This document shows, piece by piece, positions 1 through 10,791 of a stretch of 64,000 nucleotides of DNA (position 1 is its first letter; every line of letters begins with the position of its first letter). The notes below the pieces were generated by a model. The model searched no databases. It saw only the letters and a list, made by a program, of their open reading frames with translations, and was not told the DNA's origin. The stretch spans positions 2,304,001 through 2,368,000 of the forward strand of contig OY761611.1 of NCBI GenBank assembly GCA_963664875.1, in the 5' to 3' direction. The stretch comes from Candidatus Kapaibacterium sp. Lineage in GTDB: Bacteria; Bacteroidota; Ignavibacteria; Kapaibacteriales; UBA2268. Made by a program: the position numbers and the translations under genes.

Positions 1-328
1 TCACTATAATATTTTAAAATCTTATCAACAATAACAGTTTATTTGGCACTTAGTTACAGCGTTTCACCTGTTTATGTTTAATATTAGATTTATTTAAGAC
101 AAATAAATTATTATGCCACTGTTTTAATTGTTATACACTGTCGCATTTTTGTAGGAGTTTGTCAGAATTGTTTTAGATAAAGATAAGCTACAAACTAAAC
201 TTACTAAAAATAATACTTTGAAATATAGCTTCATTGTACAGTTTTTGCTTGAAATGCATAATTAGAGACTAGTAAATTGTTTATGAGGTCATAGCGTATT
301 TGCTTTTGCTGAAATACTTTAATAACCT

Positions 329-1063
329 CTATAAATCTTTAATTATTTGAAATGTACCGGCAGGAATCTGTTCAACTATTGCAAATTTATTTTCCTTGTT
401 TTGTATCAGATTCCATCCAATTTTGCATTCTGTATGATATTGAATCGAATCCAAACCATTGTTTTTAAATATTATCCCCTGAAGTGTTGCAGTGTCATTG
501 AAGAATTTGTATTCAAATTTATCGAAGAGCAACTTGTTTGCTTCAAGCTCATTATAAAATAGCACTTCTCGATACAAGAGCTTTTGATATGATATTTTGG
601 AAGGATTCTCGAACTCTACTATCAGAAGTAGTTTGTTTTTGTTAGTGAGCAAATACTTTGAGTTAGTCCGTAGCAAAGTATCAGCTTCTGTAGCATATTC
701 GGTAAATTCGCCGGGTAGTGATGACGGCAAAATAAGCTCGTAAAAACCGAGATTGTCAATATCTGCTTCAGCTATGATATAATTGTGATGGGGATTTTCA
801 TTTATAGAAGTATCAGTTTTGGGGAGTATAGCATATAACTTAGCACTCTTATGATACCATCTAATTTTTTTAGAATATTTATCGGAGAATGAATATAGCC
901 TGCCTTGCAGTATTTTTTCTCTTGCTTTTACAGTGTCCGGTATGGTAGGCATTCTCTCGGGATCCCATTCGTAAAGAATACTGTTGCCACTATCTGAGCA
1001 AGAGATAGCAGAAATAATAATGCACATAATGGCTGAAATCCTGAATAGTAAGTGTCTCATCAT
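329..1063 (-). CDS. Hypothetical lipoprotein
   Basis: ORF 329..1099. Likely start MMRHLL at 1063, followed by a hydrophobic stretch and lipobox-like ISAISC. Confidence 0.6.
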   Translation of the reverse strand: MMRHLLFRISAIMCIIISAISCSDSGNSILYEWDPERMPTIPDTVKAREKILQGRLYSFSDKYSKKIRWYHKSAKLYAILPKTDTSINENPHHNYIIAEADIDNLGFYELILPSSLPGEFTEYATEADTLLRTNSKYLLTNKNKLLLIVEFENPSKISYQKLLYREVLFYNELEANKLLFDKFEYKFFNDTATLQGIIFKNNGLDSIQYHTECKIGWNLIQNKENKFAIVEQIPAGTFQIIKDL

Positions 1064-1209
1064 TATCAAAGTATCCCTTGATAGAAAACTCAGTTGCACC
1101 TATACAAAAATAGAGAATAATTTATAAAGTACTTTTGTCAAGAATCTGTTTTTTTGCTAAGAGAGTTTGTATATTTACAATCCTTTGGTGTTACACATTT
1201 GGAACTGCT

Positions 1210-2448
1210 TTGATAACAAAGAATATAATAATAGTTGGTGGCGGTGCTGCAGGGCTCTTTGCAGGTTTACATCTAAAATCGTACAATGCTCTCGTATTGG
1301 AAAAAATGGACTCTCCCGGCAAAAAATTGCTTATGGCGGGTTCGGGACGGTGCAATATTTCGCACGAAGGAAATATTAAGGACTTCCTAATCCATTACGC
1401 AGACAAATCAAAATTTATCAAACCCGCATTGATGGAATATCCTAATACAAAACTACTCGAATTGCTCTATAGAAACGGGATGGAAACCGTGAGCTATGAA
1501 AACGGTAAAATATTTCCAAAATCTGAAAGTTCGAAAGATGTCCTCAATCTGTTTTTACAGCTTATTCGGAAAGCCGGTACTGAGGTATTATACAGGCAAA
1601 ACGTGATAGATATTCAACAAAATGATGACAAATTTATTGTAAGTACCAATCATGAGAAGTATGCAGCTCGGTACCTTATTCTTGCAGCTGGCGGCAGTTC
1701 ATATCCAAGCAGTGGCTCAGACGGACAAGCATATAATCTGGCAAAAAAGTTGGGACATAGTATAGTGCCAACGACTCCGGCTCTGACTGCGGTTATTACA
1801 GAAAACTATAAGTTCTCCGATATTTCAGGCGTGTCTTTGCGAGATATTGAAATAAGCCTCTTCCGTGACGGCAAAAAAATTAACAAACATCGAGGCGACC
1901 TTGCATTTACTCATAAAAGCCTTTCCGGACCGGGCATAATTGATTTTTCTCGATATATTAAATCAGGCGATACACTTACTATCAATTTTATCAATGTTAA
2001 TGAAGATAGATTTCGAGAAATTTTGATAGCTGACAGCAAGGTGCATGGAAAAAAAAACATCAGGAATTATCTGAAGCAGTACCCAATTCCTGAAAGTTTA
2101 CTAAATATGTTGCTGGCTTTAGAAAGAATTGATGCGAATAAGAATTTTTCTGAATTAAGCAAAGAACACAGAAATAAAATAGTCGAAATGCTTACTGCAT
2201 ATAAATTTACAGTTGCACGAAAAGTAGGTTTTAACCAGGCAATGGTAACTGCCGGTGGGGTCAGCACCACAGAGATAAACAGCAGGACTATGGAATCAAA
2301 AATAGTCCCCAATTTATATGTTGTAGGAGAGTTTTTGGATATAGACGGAGATACCGGAGGCTACAATCTGCAAGCAGCTTTTTCTACAGCTTATCTCGCA
2401 TGTAAATCTATAAAGCAAAAACTCAATATTGAGGATACTGTAAAATAA
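1210..2448 (+). CDS. HI0933/YhiN (BaiN-like) NAD(P)/FAD-dependent oxidoreductase
   Basis: Motifs IIVGGGAAGL, GKKLLMAGSGRCN, AMVTAGGV and GEFLDIDGDTGGYNLQAA. Likely TTG start at 1210. Confidence 0.9.
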   Translation: MITKNIIIVGGGAAGLFAGLHLKSYNALVLEKMDSPGKKLLMAGSGRCNISHEGNIKDFLIHYADKSKFIKPALMEYPNTKLLELLYRNGMETVSYENGKIFPKSESSKDVLNLFLQLIRKAGTEVLYRQNVIDIQQNDDKFIVSTNHEKYAARYLILAAGGSSYPSSGSDGQAYNLAKKLGHSIVPTTPALTAVITENYKFSDISGVSLRDIEISLFRDGKKINKHRGDLAFTHKSLSGPGIIDFSRYIKSGDTLTINFINVNEDRFREILIADSKVHGKKNIRNYLKQYPIPESLLNMLLALERIDANKNFSELSKEHRNKIVEMLTAYKFTVARKVGFNQAMVTAGGVSTTEINSRTMESKIVPNLYVVGEFLDIDGDTGGYNLQAAFSTAYLACKSIKQKLNIEDTVK

Positions 2449-2506
2449 ATTTACCTGTTTGTTGTTATTTTAATTGAATTGCATAATTGAGGAGGGCGGA
2501 AGCAAT

Positions 2507-3559
2507 ATGTCAAAGATTGAAAGCATTTACGGATACGACGACCTAAACGAAAGAGAAAGACAGATACTAAACAGGATAATTCAGCTTTATATACTAAATG
2601 CCACACCGGTAGGTTCTCGTGTGCTATCCAAATACCTTAGCGATAACATTAAATTAAGTCCTGCAACTTTACGTAATGTAATGGCTGACTTGGAAGAATT
2701 GGAATACATTAGCCATCCACATACTTCTGCAGGGCGCATACCCACTGACAAAGGATATAGATTTTATGTAGATTCTTTGAAAAAGCTCGAAGATCTATCG
2801 GAACACGAAATAAATACAGTTGCCTCGCATTTGGGTAGCACATCTTCAGAAGAAGTACTCAAGCAAGCTACCGGCCTGCTTGGTCAGCTTTCACGTTATT
2901 TGGGAATTGTACGTTTGCCTCAGGTTCCTGACCTAATTGTTCAAAAAATTGAATTGATTTCTATATCAAGCAAAAGAGTGCTGGTAGTTATAGCACTTAA
3001 TTCCAATATAGTACGAACAGTAACTTTGGAGGCAGATCTTGATATCGAAGCGAGATACCTAAGCGACGTTTCAACGTATATCAATGAAAAGATTGCCGGC
3101 AATCCTCTCAAGTATCTCAGAGACAATTTCCACGACATGATTAGTGACTTAGAGAATAAAGACACTCCTCTTATTAGGCTTTTTTCTGACTCATTGGACA
3201 AAATATTCAGTCCAAACTCTCAAGAAGATTTGATAATAGCAGGCACTCAAAATCTATTAGCATATCCTGAATTTGATCAGCCGGATAAAGTTCGTGGTGT
3301 AATCGAATTGGTCGAAAACAGAGAAATGATAATTCACCTACTCGAAAAAAATGAGGATAGAGAGGGTATTAGAGTACTTATCGGCGGTGAACTGGATTCA
3401 GGCTTGCTAAAAGATTACAGCCTTATTTCGACTTCTTACCGTATTGGCACTGCAGTAGGCACAATCGGTCTGATAGGCCCCAAAAGAATGAACTATCCGA
3501 AAATGATTACTATAGTGGAAGCAGTTTCTAAACAGCTTGAACGCATGAGCGATGTTTGA
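2507..3559 (+). CDS. hrcA: Heat-inducible transcription repressor HrcA
   Basis: PVGSRVL...SPATLRNVMADLEELEYISHPHTSAGRIPTDKGYRFYVD and C-terminal GTIGLIGPKRMNY. GGAGG lies upstream of the ATG at 2507. Confidence 0.95.
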   Translation: MSKIESIYGYDDLNERERQILNRIIQLYILNATPVGSRVLSKYLSDNIKLSPATLRNVMADLEELEYISHPHTSAGRIPTDKGYRFYVDSLKKLEDLSEHEINTVASHLGSTSSEEVLKQATGLLGQLSRYLGIVRLPQVPDLIVQKIELISISSKRVLVVIALNSNIVRTVTLEADLDIEARYLSDVSTYINEKIAGNPLKYLRDNFHDMISDLENKDTPLIRLFSDSLDKIFSPNSQEDLIIAGTQNLLAYPEFDQPDKVRGVIELVENREMIIHLLEKNEDREGIRVLIGGELDSGLLKDYSLISTSYRIGTAVGTIGLIGPKRMNYPKMITIVEAVSKQLERMSDV

Positions 3560-3741
3560 TATTAAAGGAAATGATTACGACGTAAAATAAGTATATGTAC
3601 TTAAGTATTTTTTGGCTTGATTATTGTTTTGTAAATTGCAATTCACTATAAGAAGCTGTATATCTTTTTGATTAAGGCGCATTGCCTCAGACAGCAGCAA
3701 AACAACAGTAATTGCATTAACAAAATCGGGCAAGATAAATA

Positions 3742-5448
3742 ATGGCTGAGCTATACGAAAAGATTTATGTTTTTTGCTTTTCTTCCGAGCTGAAACATCA
3801 AATAGAGAGAGTACTTTCGAAGTACTACATTATTGATTTTATTCAAAATAAAGATGAGCTCTTTTCGCTAATTGAAACCTCAGGAAAACCGGTAGCTGTT
3901 TTTGCTGAAGTCAGCAATCACTACACTACAGGCTTCGAAATACTCGCGGAATTGAAGGAAGAATGCCCCGATGCTTCAAGAATACTACTTACTGATATTA
4001 GAGAACCCAAAGAGTTAATTCCAATACTAAAAGACACTGCGGCACTGATGTACGTCAAGTATCCATGTACAAATTTTGATTTATTCCAAACTGCTGTTTT
4101 AGGAGCTAAGTTTGCAGATCTCAAAAGAAAGTTTAATGCTAATCAATTAGTTAGTTCAGGTGACTCAAAGCAACTACTTGTTCAAATGGAGCAGATAGAC
4201 AAGGAAAATAAAGAACTACGTTACTCAGCTGAAAACCTTGGCAAAGCAAATACTATTCTTCAGAATGAGATCGCCGATTTGTCTAATCTTGTTGCGGGCA
4301 AAGCTAATATCATTGATAATCTCGGAAAAGAAAATAAAGATCTCAATCTTCAAATCGAAGCAATAACAAAAGAACAGGCATCTGAAAGAAATTTATATTC
4401 TGACGCTGATACCAAAATTGAATCTTTAGGAATTACAATATCTCAATTAGAATCCGAAATAGAAGAAACGAGAAGAAGGGTTTTTGATTATGATTCTTTG
4501 CTCGCTCTTTCGACTTATGTTCGAGAGTTCAATAAATTCAGCTTTATAGACCATACTTACTATGTGTCGTCGCTTGCAAAAGATGTAGGTGCGAAGATGA
4601 ATCTGGATAACGACCGGTTGCATAATCTTTTGACTGCTGCCTTGTTACATAATATTTCAATTTTAAATATGCCAAACTATTTCCAGGTTGCTAATCCTAA
4701 TGACATGGCTCCGGAACGCAGAAAACACTATTTCTACTATTTTGGAAGAGCTCTGCGAATTTTAAAAAAAGCCAAACCTTTGGCAAACGCAGTTGAAATA
4801 ATCGAACAAATTTGGGAGCATGCAGATGGAACAGGATTTCCACACGGCACTCCCGGAATGCGTATAAGCGACGAAGCTCAAATACTTGCAATTGCAAATC
4901 TATACGTTAAAAATGTATATAGTCTCAACGAAAAAGAATTTACAAATTTGATGAAGGAAAAGAAAGTACAGCAGTCTCCCGAAACTACAGTAAAAAAACA
5001 TAAAGCTGCTATTGATCTAATCCGACGTAACTCTTACTGGTTTAGAAAATCTGTTTCTGATGTGTTTCTTTCATTAGCCGATAAAATGGAAAGCAATGCT
5101 TTTACAGCACCATCAAGAGCTTTGATTATTGATATACAAGAGCTCATATCAGCAGACAATCAAAAAACCAAAAACGAATTTATTGAAATTGATTTCTACG
5201 ATAAGGATCTTATGCTTGATTGGGAAACAGCAGAGGGTCATAAAGTCTATGTCAAATCAAAGGAAATCAATATACCTGATTTGAAACACGGCATGATTTT
5301 GTCTAAAGATCTTACTTCTGACGGAGGCGCTATAGTTGTCAAAGCAAATACAGAGATAAAGGAAGCAGAATTTAAAAATATATGGCAAATGATTAGTAAA
5401 GATATGCTGCACGGTACTACTGAAATCTACATTCCTTTTGAACACTAA
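3742..5448 (+). CDS. Receiver-like domain + coiled coil + degenerate HD-GYP domain protein
   Basis: N-terminal REC-like fold (GFEILAELKEECPDASRILLT...YVKYP), central coiled coil, then AALLHNI and WEHADGTGFPHG...ISDEAQILAIAN. Confidence 0.75.
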   Translation: MAELYEKIYVFCFSSELKHQIERVLSKYYIIDFIQNKDELFSLIETSGKPVAVFAEVSNHYTTGFEILAELKEECPDASRILLTDIREPKELIPILKDTAALMYVKYPCTNFDLFQTAVLGAKFADLKRKFNANQLVSSGDSKQLLVQMEQIDKENKELRYSAENLGKANTILQNEIADLSNLVAGKANIIDNLGKENKDLNLQIEAITKEQASERNLYSDADTKIESLGITISQLESEIEETRRRVFDYDSLLALSTYVREFNKFSFIDHTYYVSSLAKDVGAKMNLDNDRLHNLLTAALLHNISILNMPNYFQVANPNDMAPERRKHYFYYFGRALRILKKAKPLANAVEIIEQIWEHADGTGFPHGTPGMRISDEAQILAIANLYVKNVYSLNEKEFTNLMKEKKVQQSPETTVKKHKAAIDLIRRNSYWFRKSVSDVFLSLADKMESNAFTAPSRALIIDIQELISADNQKTKNEFIEIDFYDKDLMLDWETAEGHKVYVKSKEINIPDLKHGMILSKDLTSDGGAIVVKANTEIKEAEFKNIWQMISKDMLHGTTEIYIPFEH

Positions 5449-5495
5449 TACAAGACTTTGCTTTTTAGTAAGCATAGATTATAAGGAATTGAAAC

Positions 5496-5529
5496 AAAAA
5501 ACCGGATATAAGATTGCATATATCCGGCT
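5496..5529. terminator. Hairpin between convergent genes (probable bidirectional terminator)
   Basis: CCGGATATA...TATATCCGG inverted repeat with an adjacent A-run. Confidence 0.65.
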
Positions 5530-5553
5530 CATGTCTAAAATAAGAGTACAAAT

Positions 5554-6225
5554 TTATTTAAGTACAGATTCAATAGATTTTACAATTACTGCAAGATTGC
5601 TATTGCTTTTTTTGCAGCTACTTTCTGATTTAACTTCGATTCTGCCGGCATCTCTTCCGACTTTACTTACTTTTTCCTGCAATTTAGATTTTCTTTCCTC
5701 GAGCAAAGCTGCTTTTGAAGATCTTTCTTTTTCGGCGATATCGTTAAGAGAAACTACAAAATAGAAATTGACGTTTCTATTAAACTTCATAATTGAAATG
5801 ATTTCTTCCAATTGTGCATCAAAGCCTGAATTGATATTTGAAGTTCCTTTATCAAAAATATCTGCTTCTAAGAAGAGCAAATCTTTTGTTAGCTTTTGTA
5901 CAGTAAAGTTTTTCTCAAACTCTTTATACCCAGTAGCAGATTCTGTTTTGAAAGTTTCTACTTTACGAATAATTTCTTTATGCAAGAATGTAACTTCGTA
6001 TTCGGTATCAGATTCGAAAAGCTGTGTAAAAGCACCTGTAACAGGATCTGATTTGATTTTTATAGTCTGACCTGCTTTAGTTTCAAATTTCATGGTAACT
6101 CCAACCGGAGAACCTGTATAAGAATCAGTAACTTTGCCTTTTATTAATATCTGTGCTGCAAACGATGTAGCAGCAAAAGCCATACAGAGAGTCATCATAA
6201 AGATAAGAGATGCAATTTTTTTCAT
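5554..6225 (-). CDS. Secreted protein, carboxypeptidase-regulatory-like domain + degenerate OmpA-like C-terminus
   Basis: Signal peptide; IKGKVTDSYTG motif; IFDKGTSNI...LEEIISIMKFN resembles the start of an OmpA C domain. Confidence 0.55.
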   Translation of the reverse strand: MKKIASLIFMMTLCMAFAATSFAAQILIKGKVTDSYTGSPVGVTMKFETKAGQTIKIKSDPVTGAFTQLFESDTEYEVTFLHKEIIRKVETFKTESATGYKEFEKNFTVQKLTKDLLFLEADIFDKGTSNINSGFDAQLEEIISIMKFNRNVNFYFVVSLNDIAEKERSSKAALLEERKSKLQEKVSKVGRDAGRIEVKSESSCKKSNSNLAVIVKSIESVLK

Positions 6226-6330
6226 AAGTAATCTCATATTTGATAAAATAATAGAAAATACCGGCAAAATTTGCGGCTAATTGATTTTGAACAATAGACA
6301 ATAAAAGATTTTATTTACACTTTACCAAAA

Positions 6331-7098
6331 TTAAATCTGAAAGCCTTCCAAAAGCTGTTTTATCAATGCAGGATTGTTAGACGCTATTGCTTTGACTTTG
6401 AACTCCGAGACTTGCTTAAAATCCTCTTTGCTATCTACATCATATACGCCTAAAATGATATTATGTTTGATTGCATCTGCTTCTATTTCGCGAGTAAGCT
6501 CTTCGAGTGAACAAATAAATATCTCAGCTCCGATTTGACTACAAATTTGCGACGGGAGAAAATTTTCCCATGGGATTTTTATAGCAGCAGTATAAATGCT
6601 CGGATTATATTTCTTAATTTCTGCAAGGACTTTATAATCAAACGAACCAAAAGTAGAGAAATCTAAATAATTGCAATCAGCTACAGTGTCGATAATTTTG
6701 TGAATTTTTTCACTTGACAGAGACTGCTCGCCGGCTTTGATTTCAATATTCAGATAAGCTTTCCCGTGGATAAGATCAATTACTTCACTAAGTAATGGCA
6801 CTTTTTCGCCACTAAATTCACCGCCAAACCACTTACCGGCATCGAGCTTCAATATATCTTTGTAGCTCATGTCCTTTACGGCAGAGTCGCCATCTGTAGT
6901 CCTTCCCTGATTTAGGTCATGCATGGCTATCGGCATATTGTCTGCAGTTACCTGCACATCTACCTCAATCATGTCAACTCCTGCATCTAATGCATGCTGA
7001 AATGAAGAAAGAGTATTTTCAGGAGCCAAATCGCTTGCACCTCTGTGCCCTATAACTATAACGTCCTTATTAAGCGCAAATTCGTTTATTGGCAGCAT
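6331..7098 (-). CDS. Glycerophosphodiester phosphodiesterase
   Basis: IGHRGASDLAPENTLSSF, MIEVDVQVTAD, HD and LNIEIK motifs. Confidence 0.93.
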   Translation of the reverse strand: MLPINEFALNKDVIVIGHRGASDLAPENTLSSFQHALDAGVDMIEVDVQVTADNMPIAMHDLNQGRTTDGDSAVKDMSYKDILKLDAGKWFGGEFSGEKVPLLSEVIDLIHGKAYLNIEIKAGEQSLSSEKIHKIIDTVADCNYLDFSTFGSFDYKVLAEIKKYNPSIYTAAIKIPWENFLPSQICSQIGAEIFICSLEELTREIEADAIKHNIILGVYDVDSKEDFKQVSEFKVKAIASNNPALIKQLLEGFQI

Positions 7099-7237
7099 AT
7101 CTTAACCGTCACTTTATAATATTTGATATAAATTAAGAACAAAATAGATTAAATCCTATTGTATTTACGTCAAAAATATAAAGGGGTTTAGTTTAAAGTT
7201 TGCTACTATTTATCATATTATTATCGAAGGAGCTAAT

Positions 7238-7675
7238 ATGCCGGCACTAACACAAATCAGTGAAATTATGAGTCGCTCCTTTTTCTCTGTACAGCTTGAT
7301 GATACTCTGAAAAAAGCTGACGACATAATCAAAGAAGAAAAAGTAAGATTTCTGCCAGTTCTCGATGGCAAAAAGTTTTTAGGATTGATAACAGAACGAA
7401 AGCTCTTGGAGTATGCCTGCAGAAAGATATACGACCCTGAGTCTGACGCAGGCTTTAACTCAATCGGAGACTATGAGCATATTATGGAAGAGGTTAGCCA
7501 TGTCATTTACAAAGAAGATACTATCTTTAAGGCAGTAGAACTTTTCAGCAAATACAAAATAGATTCATTGCCCGTGGTAGATTGGGACTACAATCTCGAA
7601 GGAATGCTGACAACTCACGACATACTTCTCTATTTTCGCAAAAAGCTCGAAGAAGAGCGTTATATCAAAATATAG
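7238..7675 (+). CDS. CBS-domain pair protein
   Basis: Two CBS motifs (LPVLDGKKFLGLITERKL; LPVVDWDYNLEGMLTTHDIL). GGAG RBS. Confidence 0.9.
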   Translation: MPALTQISEIMSRSFFSVQLDDTLKKADDIIKEEKVRFLPVLDGKKFLGLITERKLLEYACRKIYDPESDAGFNSIGDYEHIMEEVSHVIYKEDTIFKAVELFSKYKIDSLPVVDWDYNLEGMLTTHDILLYFRKKLEEERYIKI

Positions 7676-7690
7676 AAAATAATAAACCTC

Positions 7691-7736
7691 AAACCCGGCA
7701 TCTTATATTTTACAAAAAAGTGTCGGGTCTTTTTTT
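7691..7736 (+). terminator. Rho-independent terminator
   Basis: ACCCGGCA...TGTCGGGT stem followed by a T-run. Confidence 0.65.
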
Positions 7737-8057
7737 GGAGGCAAATATTTCCATCTAAAGGACACTTCAAGTCTTTATCCACCTTATATTTGAATCAGTT
7801 TCGAAACAACTAAACACTTTCGCAGCTTGCACGTTTTAGTAGGTAGAAGACTTTACTTTCGATTCATTCAGCTCTATAAATTTTTGTACCTCGACCTGCC
7901 TCGGCTTAGAAGCAGTCACAGACTACCGCTTCTACGTTTTCTTAGAGAATTACTTAAATCCTAACCTACTTAGCATTGTTGATGAAGGGAAATGGAAAAT
8001 TGTTGGAAATGAACTACATGCCGGTGTAAGGTATAGGTTGTAGGAGAGTTTGCTTTA

Positions 8058-8699
8058 CTAAAACAAAACTTTTATTTGCATACCATATTTTTGGTAGATA
8101 TTTTCTTTGGTATTGATAACTGCGGCAAAAGTTTCGAATACAAGATTCTTCTTTCCGACTCCAAATATAATATCCGCGCCTACTCCCATTTTTGACGCAT
8201 TTACATCACTTCCCTCGCCATCTGTTACTTCAGTATAAGAAGGAGCACTGATGTATGCTATACGGCTTATGAAGGACATAGAACAATGTAAGTAATTAGG
8301 ATTACTGAATCTGATGGAAAATTCTGCCCCACCGCTGTAAATGTATGTATGCTTGTCCTTGGAATTTAGAAAATCAACTCCGGCGACATAGTTTAGATTT
8401 ATACCATCAACTATGTACCAAGGATATAAGCTCATACTAATGTTCATTCCTCCGCCAATTTTATCTGGCTCAATGGATGATTCCGCAAAACACATACCCA
8501 AAGATAAACTATATTTACTTGTAAGAGGGCGCGTCACCAGCCATGAACAATCGAATCCGTGATATAAAACATAGGCATCGTTATCATAGTAAATATAGGT
8601 ATCTTTGTCAAAGTCATAATAATAATCTTGATTATCATCTATTTGAGCAGATAATATCATTGGTAAAAAGCATAAAAACATGGTGATATATCTTATCAT
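8058..8699 (-). CDS. Hypothetical outer-membrane beta-barrel-like protein
   Basis: Signal peptide, alternating beta-strand pattern, C-terminal Phe. Confidence 0.55.
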   Translation of the reverse strand: MIRYITMFLCFLPMILSAQIDDNQDYYYDFDKDTYIYYDNDAYVLYHGFDCSWLVTRPLTSKYSLSLGMCFAESSIEPDKIGGGMNISMSLYPWYIVDGINLNYVAGVDFLNSKDKHTYIYSGGAEFSIRFSNPNYLHCSMSFISRIAYISAPSYTEVTDGEGSDVNASKMGVGADIIFGVGKKNLVFETFAAVINTKENIYQKYGMQIKVLF

Positions 8700-8709
8700 A
8701 TTGAAATCT

Positions 8710-9279
8710 CTATATTAAAAAGCTAAACAGAATGAAATGGCGCATCCCTGAAAATTTTTGATTCCTACGAAAGATATTCCCATAATATTCAGCTCTGTAG
8801 GAAATGGAATATTGAGAGTAAAATAGGCTTAAAGAGAAGGGCATAGATGGATAAATATAACTCATGTTTGTTATTTCAACTCCCGGTATTTTCCCATAAT
8901 GTGCATACTTAGAAAAGCTTAGTCCTAATGAAGGTTCTATCCCTATTTTCTTTGCTATCCAAAAGATTATACTTGCTGATTGAGAGATTGAAAATCTATG
9001 CTGAAAAATAAAATTGTAAGAATCATGTTCAATTCTTAGTTGTGATGCTGTATAATTGATTCCCATATATCCCCAAACATTCTGTCTCCCTCTATCGCGG
9101 AAATTTAATTGATGGGAAACAGTTGGATGGGTTTCTGTAAGCTCAATAAATATGCCTCGAGAATTGTAATTAGAATTTTGGGAATTTACCCCTATAGACA
9201 GATATCCAGCCGCTGATTCACTTTTATTTGCAAAACATAGTATGGATAAAATTAGTTATATGATAAATCTATACTTCAC
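8710..9279 (-). pseudogene. Outer-membrane-like protein with an in-frame TAA in its signal peptide
   Basis: GTG at 9279 after AAGGA reads MKYRFII*LILSILCFANKSES... and continues in frame into ORF 8710..9066. The stop is at 9256-9258. Confidence 0.6.
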
Positions 9280-9621
9280 ATCAATTCCTTTATCTCTTAA
9301 AAAGAATGTCTCAATCATGTCAGAATGATTTCAATAAATTATGCAAATATTCTATATATACCAAATCTATAAAATCACCCAAAAAAAATCCTCCTCCAAA
9401 ATAAAATAATTTGTATTAACAGAAGTTTGTTTATATTAGTAGTATTATGCTATTTATACAATTAGGGGTAGTTGTATAAGTGGCTTACTTAAAACAGGCG
9501 GTGGAGAATTTCTTTCCTCCTGATTTGCCTATTCGAGTTTAGGGCAAATCTCTTGGGCTGTGCATCCTGCCGCAATTTTTTCGCAAGAGAAAAACATACT
9601 TTTTATTACGGAGGCGACCTT

Positions 9622-10779
9622 ATGTATAAGTTGCTTTTTGTTCTGTTTGCATTTGCTCTGCCGGTAGCGGCGTATGCTGCCGAACCGGTGATTCAGGTTG
9701 CTCAGCTGCCGAGCGACGAAAGGCTTGAGATTTGGGAAGAATCCGAAGAGATTTTTACCGAAAAGGTAATGGAATACTATCATCAGGCTACTTTGCTCTA
9801 TATGCAGGCGAAACTTTCCGGCTTTGAAACTAATGAGCTGATTATTCCGCCGAGCTTCGAGCAGCTCTCCGATATGGATATCGAAACTATAAAAGAATAT
9901 CATGCTTTGGCGATGAAATATTTCGCTATTGTGGAATCTTTGCCTGAAATAGGTAATCGCGAAGAAATCGACAGACTTCGCAAAGAGCTTTTCGCTGCTA
10001 TGAATAAGAACAACGAGTTAGAAAAGCGTCAGTACGAGCTGGCTTTGAAGCACAATGATCTTACTTTCTATCGCGACAACTGGAAAGCTGCCCGAGAAGA
10101 AGCTGCAAAGCTAAACCGCAAACTTGACTCTGCTACTGCCGCTATGGATAAATATCTTATCCAAAGAGAAGGCGAAATCAGAGCTACTTACGAAAGAAAC
10201 GTTCGCAGATTTACTCCCGTGTTTTCTATCGGTGGTACTGCAAACAAATACTACATCCGCGATAACGGCATCGAAGATAAAATTGCCTTTGGTGGACAGC
10301 TTACATTTAACCCTGAGCCGGTTTTTGGATTTGGAAGATATTTCGAGCTTTTCGGAGAGTACATTGTGCCGAGATTTGTAACCGAGCTAAAAAATGAAGG
10401 CATCAGAGATAGCGATAAATGGAACTCTCAACTTTATACCATAGGCTTGAATTTCAAATTTGATAATGTAATTGATGTCAAAGACTTTACAGGTGGCATC
10501 AAAATAGGTGGTGGTCAGTTTTGGGGCAACGGCAAATTAGATAATGTAAATTACGGAGCAGCTACATTCGAAGGGCAAATGATTCGCTTCGAGATGTTTG
10601 TACGCAATGCGGATATTTCTCTGCCACTGGAGCTGTTTTTTGCATATAGTAGCTATTTTGCCTCTGACTTTGTGTTCGACTCACAGCTCCAATATATGGA
10701 CTTAGGCGAACCCCAATTTAACGTACTTACTTTAGGTGTCAGACTTGCTTTATGGAAAACTCCTGTCTATGAAAACTAA
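9622..10779 (+). CDS. Secreted protein, coiled coil + probable beta-barrel C-terminus
   Basis: GGAGG RBS, signal peptide MYKLLFVLFAFALPVAAYA, helical middle, amphipathic strands at the C-terminus. Confidence 0.65.
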   Translation: MYKLLFVLFAFALPVAAYAAEPVIQVAQLPSDERLEIWEESEEIFTEKVMEYYHQATLLYMQAKLSGFETNELIIPPSFEQLSDMDIETIKEYHALAMKYFAIVESLPEIGNREEIDRLRKELFAAMNKNNELEKRQYELALKHNDLTFYRDNWKAAREEAAKLNRKLDSATAAMDKYLIQREGEIRATYERNVRRFTPVFSIGGTANKYYIRDNGIEDKIAFGGQLTFNPEPVFGFGRYFELFGEYIVPRFVTELKNEGIRDSDKWNSQLYTIGLNFKFDNVIDVKDFTGGIKIGGGQFWGNGKLDNVNYGAATFEGQMIRFEMFVRNADISLPLELFFAYSSYFASDFVFDSQLQYMDLGEPQFNVLTLGVRLALWKTPVYEN

Positions 10780-10791
10780 TCCGGAGGGAGT

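Noticed and set aside
840-866. CIRCE operator (TTAGCACTC at 840)
   Set aside because: Only the left half-site is present, with no GAGTGCTAA after 9 nt, and it lies inside a CDS.
7740-8050. Transposase remnant or ncRNA in the gap after the CBS gene
   Set aside because: No convincing reading frame, terminal repeats or recognisable RNA motif by eye.
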